Origin: Myxococcota bacterium
Lineage (GTDB): Bacteria; Myxococcota_A; UBA9042; DTJE01
NCBI GenBank assembly: GCA_017994695.1
Contig: JAGOKF010000010.1
Span: 230-64,229, forward strand
Reading direction: 5' to 3'
DNA length: 64,000 nucleotides
A program made the translations under genes and the position numbers. The notes beneath the pieces are model-generated. The model worked only from the letters and a program-made list of their open reading frames with translations. It searched no databases and was not told the DNA's origin. Position 1 is the first letter of the stretch; each line of letters begins with the position of its first letter. Of this stretch, positions 28,791-36,013 are shown piece after piece.

Positions 28791-30010
28791 CCCTCGCCCT
28801 CCCACCGACGGAAGATCACCACCCCGTTCTGGCCGCCGAAGGCGAAGGAATTGCTGACGACGGTGCGGAGGGAGGCGCGCCGGGGGCCGTCCGCCACATA
28901 GTCCAGGTCGCACTCGGGGTCCGGGCAGGCCAGGTTCAGCGTGGGCGGGATCACCCCCTCGACCAGGGCCTTCACCGCCAGCACCGCCTCGACGCCGGCA
29001 GCCCCCGACAGGCAGTGTCCCGTGGCGCCCTTGGTCGAGGAGACCGGCATCCTCCGGGCATGGGATCCGAAGACGCGGTGGATGGCCTGGGTCTCGTAGA
29101 GGTCGTTCAGGGGGGTCGATGTCCCGTGGGCGTTCACGTAGTCCACGTCCTCCGGCGCCAGGCCCGCGCTGGCCAGTGCCCGCTCCATCGTCCGGGCCAT
29201 GCCGACGCCGCCGGGTTCCGGCGACAGGATGTTGTAGGCCTCGCTGGAGAGTCCCGGGCGGTGCATCACCGCCAGGATGCGCGCCCCCCGGCGCCGGGCG
29301 TGGTCCAGGCTCTCCAGGACCAGGAAGCCGGCCCCCTCCCCCATCACGAACCCCTTTCGCCGGGCGTCGAAGGGCCGGGACAGGCCCTCGACGTCGTCGT
29401 CGGGTTCCGCCAGGGCCATCAGGGCCGTGAATCCCCGGATGTCCAGGGGGTTCAGCGCCGACTCGGCCGCCCCGGCCACCACCGCGTCGCAATCCCCCCG
29501 GACGATCCACTCCCAGGCCGACGCCAGGGCATAGGCCCCGCTGCTGCAGGCGGTGCTGACCACCATCGAGGGCCCGGTCCAGCGTCCCCGCAGGGAGATC
29601 CAGGCCGCCGATGCCGAGGTCATGTTCCGGAGGATTCGGTTTGGATCCTCCTCGCCGTCCATGGGGGCATAGCCGGTGCCGGTCGCTCCGACCACGACCC
29701 CCACCCGGGAAGGATCCACCGCCGGCGCCGCCAGGCCCGCGTCGGCCACCGCCGCCTCGGCGCAGCAGGTCGCCGCCTGGGTGGCCCGGGTCATCTGGCT
29801 CCGGGTCCGGGGCTTGAAGCGCCCTCGGAAGACCTCCTCCGCCCCGTCAGGAAACTGCACCCCCACGGGGACCTCCAGGCCGGCGGGGTCGAAGTTCGTG
29901 TACCGCCGGATCACCCGGCGCCGATCCAGGATGCCCCGCCACGTCTCGTCCACGTCCAGGCCCAGGCCGGTCATGCAACCCAGGCCGGTGACCGCCACGA
30001 CCGGTTCCAT
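28787..30010 (-). CDS. Beta-ketoacyl-ACP synthase I/II-like (FabF/FabB family)
   Basis: Cys site VVSTACSSG. His sites HGTSTPLND and KGATGHCLSGAAG. ATG 30008-30010 with GGCGAGGAG RBS. Confidence 0.8.
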   Translation of the reverse strand: MEPVVAVTGLGCMTGLGLDVDETWRGILDRRRVIRRYTNFDPAGLEVPVGVQFPDGAEEVFRGRFKPRTRSQMTRATQAATCCAEAAVADAGLAAPAVDPSRVGVVVGATGTGYAPMDGEEDPNRILRNMTSASAAWISLRGRWTGPSMVVSTACSSGAYALASAWEWIVRGDCDAVVAGAAESALNPLDIRGFTALMALAEPDDDVEGLSRPFDARRKGFVMGEGAGFLVLESLDHARRRGARILAVMHRPGLSSEAYNILSPEPGGVGMARTMERALASAGLAPEDVDYVNAHGTSTPLNDLYETQAIHRVFGSHARRMPVSSTKGATGHCLSGAAGVEAVLAVKALVEGVIPPTLNLACPDPECDLDYVADGPRRASLRTVVSNSFAFGGQNGVVIFRRWEGEG

Positions 30011-30011
30011 C

Positions 30012-30425
30012 TCACTCCTCGCCGGGGTCGTTCCCCGGTTCGACACCCCGCAGGAATTCCCCGGGCACCGGGGCCGGACCCCCGGCCACCGCGTCCCGGA
30101 AGGCGATGACGGTCCGGGCCCGGGCGATCGTCTCCCCGTCCCGAAGAACCCGGTAGCCCAGGGTCAGTCGGAAGTCGTCCTCCTCCCGCAGGCGGACCTC
30201 CACCTCGAGACGGTCCATCAGGCGGGCCGGCCGAAGGAACCGCATCGAGAGATCCGCCATCACCGGGACGCAGCCATCCGGGTGCACCGGCAGCCCCCGG
30301 TCCACCAGGAAGCGCAGGCGGGCCCGCTCCAGGAAGGCGACCAGGCGGGCGTGGTGGGCGATGCCGTAGGAGTCCACGTCCTCGAACTCCACCGTCACCG
30401 GCACCCGCAGAGACGCTTCCTTCAT
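30012..30425 (-). CDS. Hotdog-fold acyl-CoA/acyl-ACP thioesterase (4HBT/YbgC-like)
   Basis: 137-aa 4HBT-like sequence (VTVEFEDVDSYGIAHHARLVAFLERAR). ATGA overlap with AcpS stop. Confidence 0.7.
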   Translation of the reverse strand: MKEASLRVPVTVEFEDVDSYGIAHHARLVAFLERARLRFLVDRGLPVHPDGCVPVMADLSMRFLRPARLMDRLEVEVRLREEDDFRLTLGYRVLRDGETIARARTVIAFRDAVAGGPAPVPGEFLRGVEPGNDPGEE

Positions 30426-30835
30426 CCCGTCTCCCCCTCTCCCAGGGCGGCCCCGTCATGGACCAGCACCGCCGCCCGGATCTCCTCGGGGTCCCGCCAG
30501 ATGCGGACCTCCAGGACCGTCCCCCGGAGTCGGACGGCCAGGTCCCCGTGCAGGAGGACTTCCGCCCGGTCCGCTTCCGGATCGGCGATCACCTCGCACT
30601 CCCGCAGGTCGTAGGGCTCCTCGAGGGCCTTCCAAAGGGCCTCCTTGACGCAGAAGCCCGCGCACAGCCGTTCGGCGTCCCGCCCGTCCCCGCGGGAAGC
30701 CCGAAGGCGCTCCCCGGGGCCGAACACCCCTTCCAACGGTTCCCTGCGGAATCGCTCGATCCGCTCTGCGTCCACCCCTGCCCCCCGCAGGGGCCCCGGG
30801 CCGTCAGAGGTCCACGTGCAGAATGTCGTCCCCAT
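30422..30835 (-). CDS. acpS: Holo-ACP synthase (AcpS-type phosphopantetheinyl transferase)
   Basis: AcpS motifs GAGVDAERIERF (GxD), FCVKEALWKAL. ATG at 30835 would overlap the ACP gene by 32 nt. The true start may be the in-frame CTG ~30 nt downstream. Confidence 0.65.
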   Translation of the reverse strand: MGTTFCTWTSDGPGPLRGAGVDAERIERFRREPLEGVFGPGERLRASRGDGRDAERLCAGFCVKEALWKALEEPYDLRECEVIADPEADRAEVLLHGDLAVRLRGTVLEVRIWRDPEEIRAAVLVHDGAALGEGETG

Positions 30836-31112
30836 GACGCACGATCGCCACCGAGAGGTCCACCACCTGCCCGATGGTCTGGGCGGGCTTCTTCATCAGG
30901 TGCCGGGCCAGGGTCTTCAGTTCGATCCCGATCCCCCAGCGCTTCCGGACCTTCTCCAGCAGCGAGAGGAACATCAGCGAGTCCCCCTCCAGCTCCTCGA
31001 TGATCCGGGTCCCGGGGTGAAGCCGGGATCGATCGATGTCGCACTCGGCAGCGAAGAAGTCGTACACCAGGTCGGTGATCTCCTGCACGGTCGCCGGGTC
31101 GAGTTCCTTCAT
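30804..31112 (-). CDS. Acyl carrier protein
   Basis: Phosphopantetheine-attachment motif LEGDSLMFLSLL. RBS GGGAGGAA 5 nt before ATG 31110-31112. First gene of the operon. Confidence 0.8.
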   Translation of the reverse strand: MKELDPATVQEITDLVYDFFAAECDIDRSRLHPGTRIIEELEGDSLMFLSLLEKVRKRWGIGIELKTLARHLMKKPAQTIGQVVDLSVAIVRHGDDILHVDL

Positions 31113-31284
31113 CCGGTTTCCTCCCGCCTCTGGTGGGTCCGTTCCATCCCGGCCGGGAAATCCTCCCGCATTCTCCCCGCGCCCGGCGGAAAGTCAAGGG
31201 AAGGCCCCGTTTCCGCCATCCCCCGGCCCGCGCCCCTGCGGCGAAATGCACCGGGAGTCCCGCGCTTCTGCTATCCTCCGCCGG
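31113..31284. promoter_or_regulatory. Divergent promoter region between ACP operon and Cys-rich hypothetical gene
   Basis: 172-bp non-coding gap upstream of both first genes. No confident sigma-70 hexamers found by eye. Confidence 0.3.
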
Positions 31285-31878
31285 ATGGGCGATGCCTCGA
31301 CCCGGTACCCCGGCGATCGGATCCTCTGCGAGGGGAAGTTCCTCCGCTACGTGGTGGCCTGCATGCGGAACTGCCCCTACCCGGATCACTGCCGGGAGTT
31401 CTGGGCCTACTTTCGCGCCCAGGGGATGCAGCCCAGAGAGTGGCTCCGTCTTCACGGACTACCGGAGGACCTCATGAAACGCATCGTCTTCGACTGTGAC
31501 CGCTGCGGGAAGAAGGACATCGGCGCCCCCTTCAGCCTCTTCCGGACCTCCGGGGAGGCCGAGGGAAGCCGGATGTCCCCGGAGGAGTTCCAGCCGGTCT
31601 TCGAGGCCCTGGGCCCCCAGGGCTGCTCCCAGGCCTTCCTGGAATCCGTGCTGGCGGCCCTGAAGGACCAGTGCGGCTACGAGCACTACTGCGAGGGGTG
31701 CTTCCGGAAGATCGGCAGTCTGGCGACGGCCCTGGTGAACCGTCCCGCCCCCAAGGCGCCGGCCAGGATGTCCCGGCAGCCGGCGGTGGTGGAAGCCCTG
31801 TCGGCCTCCCGGACACGGAAGGAACCCCCTCCCCGAACCGAGGAACCCCGGCCCGCGGGACGGAAGCGCCCGACCTGA
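31285..31878 (+). CDS. Cys-rich hypothetical protein (two CxxC pairs; possible zinc-ribbon)
   Basis: Protein-like composition from MGDASTRYPGDRILCEGKF. CDRCGKK and CEGCFRK motifs. Strong internal RBS GGAGGA before ATG 31474, so a shorter 135-aa product is possible. Confidence 0.4.
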   Translation: MGDASTRYPGDRILCEGKFLRYVVACMRNCPYPDHCREFWAYFRAQGMQPREWLRLHGLPEDLMKRIVFDCDRCGKKDIGAPFSLFRTSGEAEGSRMSPEEFQPVFEALGPQGCSQAFLESVLAALKDQCGYEHYCEGCFRKIGSLATALVNRPAPKAPARMSRQPAVVEALSASRTRKEPPPRTEEPRPAGRKRPT

Positions 31879-32055
31879 CGAGGGGGCAGCCCGGAACGCG
31901 GGATTGCCGGATCGCGAGGGAGGTCCGTCCCCGATCGCCCCTGACGGACCCTCCTGGCGGCCCGTTCCCGGGCCGTCCCCCAGGATCGCCGACCGGTTTG
32001 CATCGCGAGACCCCGGCGGAGTACCCTTGACGGGAATCTCGCGGAGGAACGCCCG

Positions 32056-32499
32056 ATGCCCAGGACCCTCTTCTGGCTGCTCGCCTGTTGCGGACTGTCC
32101 GCCCCTGCGATCGCACAGGTCCCCTCCCCGGCGGGACGGTGGATCACCGTGGATGACAAGACGGGACGCGAGAAGTCCGTCGTCGTGATCACCGAGCAGG
32201 ACGGGGAGATCCGGGGCCGCATCGAGCGCCTGTACCGGGAGCCGGGGGAGGACCCGGACCCCCGTTGCGACAAGTGCCCGGGCCCGAAGAAGGACCAGCC
32301 GGTGATCGGCCTGGAGATCCTCTGGGGTCTCCGTTGGAACGGCGAGGAGTGGGCTGGGGGGCAGATCCTGGACCCGGAGAACGGCAAGACCTACAAGTGC
32401 TGGATCCAGGTCATCGACGAGGGCCGTCGGCTGAAGGTCCGGGGCTTCATCGGGTTCAGCCTGCTGGGGCGCACCCAGTACTGGAAGAAGGCCCCCTAG
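32056..32499 (+). CDS. DUF2147 family periplasmic protein
   Basis: RBS GGAGGA, signal peptide MPRTLFWLLACCGLSAPAIAQ, characteristic WITVDDKTGREKSVVVI...GEIRGRI. Confidence 0.7.
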   Translation: MPRTLFWLLACCGLSAPAIAQVPSPAGRWITVDDKTGREKSVVVITEQDGEIRGRIERLYREPGEDPDPRCDKCPGPKKDQPVIGLEILWGLRWNGEEWAGGQILDPENGKTYKCWIQVIDEGRRLKVRGFIGFSLLGRTQYWKKAP

Positions 32500-32562
32500 G
32501 CCGCCGCGCCGCCGCAGCAACCCCCGATTCCCCGGGTCTCCCCCGGAGCCTGCCGGACCCGT

Positions 32563-32718
32563 TCATTCCTTGCGGGTGTTGATCACCAGCGCCCCGATCA
32601 CCCCGGGCACCCACCCGGCGATCGTCAGCAGGGTCACCAGGATCAGCGATCCGCAGCCCCGGTCCAGCACCGCCAGCGGCGGGAACAGGATGCAGAGCAG
32701 CGTCCTACCGATTCCCAT
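32563..32718 (-). CDS. Pmp3/YqaE (UPF0057) family small membrane proteolipid
   Basis: 51 aa MGIGRTLLCILFPPLAVLDRGCGSLILVTLLTIAGWVPGVIGALVINTRKE. RBS GGAGG 7 nt upstream. Buried inside junk ORF 32563..33105. Confidence 0.7.
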   Translation of the reverse strand: MGIGRTLLCILFPPLAVLDRGCGSLILVTLLTIAGWVPGVIGALVINTRKE

Positions 32719-32882
32719 TTCCGGACCTCCACGGGGCCCCGTCCCCGGCAGCGGCAAGCCCCCGGACGTGAGAGAGGATCCCCGAACGCTATTGTCCGCC
32801 GGGGCCGAACGTGCTTCAATCCCCCATCGTGCAAGGCAACGAAACCGACAACCGGACTTCCCTGGACTCAAGGACGGATTCG

Positions 32883-33935
32883 ATGAGCGACCTCGCGTTG
32901 GACCCCGGACTGGTGGACCAGTTGCTGGCCCTGGCCCGGGAGGTGGAACGCCTGACGGTGGAGGCTTCCCGGGGGCGTCCCCGGAATCCCGGATGGAGGG
33001 CCTCGGTTCTGGAACAATGCCAGAGGGCGCGACAGAAGGCCGAGTCCCTGGCGCAGGCGCTCCGGGCCACGGGGCAGACGGTCGGCGACTCCTGCCGGGA
33101 GGCACGCCAGCAGGCCTCCGATCGGGTCCAGGCCATGTCGGCCACGCTGGACCGGATCCAGCGGGAGGCGGCCCGCCTGGCGGACCAGTTGACCCCCGAC
33201 GCCACCCGGATGTCCCTGAAGGCGTACATCCGCAGCCTGGGCGAGGCCTACGAGGACCTGCGCCGCCAGTTGAAGCCCCTGCTGCCCTCGTCGTTCCTGA
33301 AGGGACCCGCGCTGGAGCGCCTGAAACTGACCCAGTACCGGCGGAACCTCTTCCACGTAGGCAACGGCCTTGCGGCCGCCATCGCGTATCCCTGGCTGCT
33401 GACCCGGCAGCAGGCGCTGATCGTGATGTCGATCCTGCTCGGCATCGTCGTGGTGCTGGAAATCACCCGCCGCCTCTGGGGGCGCTGGAACGAGGTGCTG
33501 ACCCGCAAGAACCCGATGTTCCGGTCCATCATCCGCCCCTGGGAGAAGGACCGCCCCAACTCGGCCTCGTGGTACGTCCTGTCCCTCTTCCTGCTGGCGC
33601 TGCTGGTCCCTCCGCCGGCGGCCCAGATGGCGGTGCTGATCCTCGGCTTCGGGGACCCGATGGCAAGCCTGGTGGGAAGGCGCTTCGGTTCCATCAAGAT
33701 CCACCGCCGCAAGAGCCTCCAGGGGTCGCTGGCGCTCTTCCTGGTGGCCTTGCTGGTGAGCCTGCTGGTCCCGTGGATGCACGGGCTGACGATGGGGATC
33801 GGGGCGCGCCTGGGCATGGCCTTCACCGTGGCCCTGGGAGCGACCCTGGCGGAACTGTACAGCGACGTCGTGGACGACAACCTGACCGTGACGCTGGGCT
33901 CCGGAGGAATCGCCGCGATCTGGATGACGTTCTAG
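32883..33935 (+). CDS. Polyprenol/dolichol-kinase-like CTP-dependent membrane protein with N-terminal coiled-coil extension
   Basis: C-terminal multi-TM region with GDPMASLVGRRFG and KSLQGSLA motifs of the phytol/dolichol kinase-CdsA superfamily. N-terminal ~150 aa helical. Start ATG 32883; ORF 32811 starts at an upstream GTG. Confidence 0.55.
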   Translation: MSDLALDPGLVDQLLALAREVERLTVEASRGRPRNPGWRASVLEQCQRARQKAESLAQALRATGQTVGDSCREARQQASDRVQAMSATLDRIQREAARLADQLTPDATRMSLKAYIRSLGEAYEDLRRQLKPLLPSSFLKGPALERLKLTQYRRNLFHVGNGLAAAIAYPWLLTRQQALIVMSILLGIVVVLEITRRLWGRWNEVLTRKNPMFRSIIRPWEKDRPNSASWYVLSLFLLALLVPPPAAQMAVLILGFGDPMASLVGRRFGSIKIHRRKSLQGSLALFLVALLVSLLVPWMHGLTMGIGARLGMAFTVALGATLAELYSDVVDDNLTVTLGSGGIAAIWMTF

Positions 33936-35938
33936 AACCGTTCCAGCCGGAACAGGCGGACCGACCGCCCCGGGACCAGCAGGGCCTCGTCCGGGTCCAG
34001 CCACACCCGGTTCTCGCCGGGGACCTCCGTGGCTTCCCGCCGGCCGCCACCGGGAATCCCCTCGACCCGGGGAGCGATGGCCGCGGCGATGTCGTTCAGG
34101 TTGACCAGTGCGATCCACCGGACCGGCATCCCCGCCTCCTCGCCGTCCGCGACGATCTGGGTCGGAAGGAAGCGCCCGTGGCGGTCGGGCACGAAGGCCG
34201 GACCCGACCGGGAGGCCAGCAGGCGCATCGCCACCGGGTCGTCGAAGGGTCCCTTCCGGAGGTCATGGCCGACGGTCAGGGACGACCCGGCCAGGGAGGC
34301 CACGACCGCCAGGGCCCGGGCCTGGTCCTCCGGCACCCCCTGCTGGATCAGCGCATCCCCGTCGCCGGACCACAGGATGCCGTCCCCGTGGCACCGCTGG
34401 ATCGACCCCGCCAGGTTGTTCCGGATCCCCGGGGTCAGGAAGTCCCGGCCGGCCTCCTGCATCCAGGTCCGCCAGGCGGGCGTCCCGTAGGCGGTGTCCG
34501 GCCCCAGACGCTGCACGTCGATCACCCCTGCATTGCCCAGGACCGGCCCGATCCCCGCCAGCATCCGGGCATCCTCCCCGACCCCCTCCCGGACCGCCTC
34601 GATCCCCAGGCGGTAGGCCCGGGCCCGGGTGGCGGAGGGGTCGGATCGCACGCCCGGCACCGCGGCAGCCGTCAGGAAATCCACCTTGAACAGCCGGAAT
34701 CCCATCGATCGCAGGGTCCGATAGACCGATGCCAGGTGCTCCCGGACCTCGGGCCTCGTGGTGTCCAGCCCGTAGTAGAACCGGGGTCCCCGGGCCCCCA
34801 TGATGAAGCCCGCCGGCACCTTCCGACCGCGCCGGTTCCGGACGATCCAGTCCGGGTGTTCCCGGAAGAGGTCGCTGTCGGGGGACACGGCGAAGGGGGC
34901 GGTCCAGATCCCGGGAAGGAATCCGGCCTGCTCCACCGAACGGGCCAGGGACTCCAGGCCGGACGGGAACTTGCGGTTCGTCTGGAGCCAGTCCCCGATG
35001 GCCCGCTGCCAGCCGTCGTCCAGTTGCATGTACTCGACGGGGAGACCAGTCCTTCGGGCCAGCCGCACGTTTTCCAGGAAGGCCGCCTCGTCCACCCGGT
35101 CGTAGAGGCCCGAGTACCAGGAGCACCAGAGGCGGCAGGGGCGGACCCGGGATCCGTGCCGATCGGCCATCGCCCGGGCATGGGCCTGCAAGGTGCCGTC
35201 GGGATGGGCCGCCCACGCCAGCAGCACGGGCTCCAGATCCCGGGCGGACCCCGGGTCCTGCACGGCGCCGTCCATCAGGGCCCAGGCGATCGCCGACCGA
35301 TCCGGCAGGGAGACCTCGACCTGGGAGAAGTGCTCCGCCGTCCCGGCGAACCCGAACAGCAGCGAGGTCCCGTCGGGGTCCGTCAGGACCGTGAACCACT
35401 CGGACTGGACCTCCCCGGGACGTTTCGAAAACCGGGTTCCCGTGTTGAAGGTCATGTGACGGACCGACCTGGGCAGCAGGGCGTAGGGAACCCGCAGGAA
35501 GCATTCCCGTTCCCGCATGCCCGGCACCAGGAATCCCGAGGGCGACGCGACGTTCCACCCCATCTTGTAGAGAGCCACCGCGTGCCGGTCCCGGCCGATC
35601 AGGAGGCCCCCAGGCGTGCCGATCCCGACCCGGTCCAGCGCCACCGGGCGATCCCCGGCGTTCACCAGCCGGGGACGGGCCACGACGCGCCCTTCCGCGA
35701 GGGTCCACCGGCAGTCCATCCGCAGGCCGCCTCCCAGGGGCTGCACGACCCGCACCTCCCCCTCGCCGGGATGGACCTCCGCGTCCTCCGGCTCCTCCGG
35801 AAGGGCCGGCCGGCCCTCGGCGAACCAGCGCAGCCCCCGGAGCAGGAAGCGCCCGTCCGAGGTCTGGACCTGGACCTCCCCCGAGGGGTCGACCCGCAGT
35901 TCCATGCCCCCGTCCCGGGTCACCCACTGTGGCTCCAT
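33932..35938 (-). CDS. GH36-family alpha-galactosidase-like glycoside hydrolase
   Basis: YMQLDDGWQ and KVDF motifs. 668 aa. RBS GGAGG 5 nt before ATG 35938. Confidence 0.65.
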   Translation of the reverse strand: MEPQWVTRDGGMELRVDPSGEVQVQTSDGRFLLRGLRWFAEGRPALPEEPEDAEVHPGEGEVRVVQPLGGGLRMDCRWTLAEGRVVARPRLVNAGDRPVALDRVGIGTPGGLLIGRDRHAVALYKMGWNVASPSGFLVPGMRERECFLRVPYALLPRSVRHMTFNTGTRFSKRPGEVQSEWFTVLTDPDGTSLLFGFAGTAEHFSQVEVSLPDRSAIAWALMDGAVQDPGSARDLEPVLLAWAAHPDGTLQAHARAMADRHGSRVRPCRLWCSWYSGLYDRVDEAAFLENVRLARRTGLPVEYMQLDDGWQRAIGDWLQTNRKFPSGLESLARSVEQAGFLPGIWTAPFAVSPDSDLFREHPDWIVRNRRGRKVPAGFIMGARGPRFYYGLDTTRPEVREHLASVYRTLRSMGFRLFKVDFLTAAAVPGVRSDPSATRARAYRLGIEAVREGVGEDARMLAGIGPVLGNAGVIDVQRLGPDTAYGTPAWRTWMQEAGRDFLTPGIRNNLAGSIQRCHGDGILWSGDGDALIQQGVPEDQARALAVVASLAGSSLTVGHDLRKGPFDDPVAMRLLASRSGPAFVPDRHGRFLPTQIVADGEEAGMPVRWIALVNLNDIAAAIAPRVEGIPGGGRREATEVPGENRVWLDPDEALLVPGRSVRLFRLERF

Positions 35939-36013
35939 CCATGCCTCCGGAAATGCGATGGGGTTCCTATCGCACGTTTCCCGGGAAAATCAATCCCCGA
36001 AGCGGCGTGCGGA

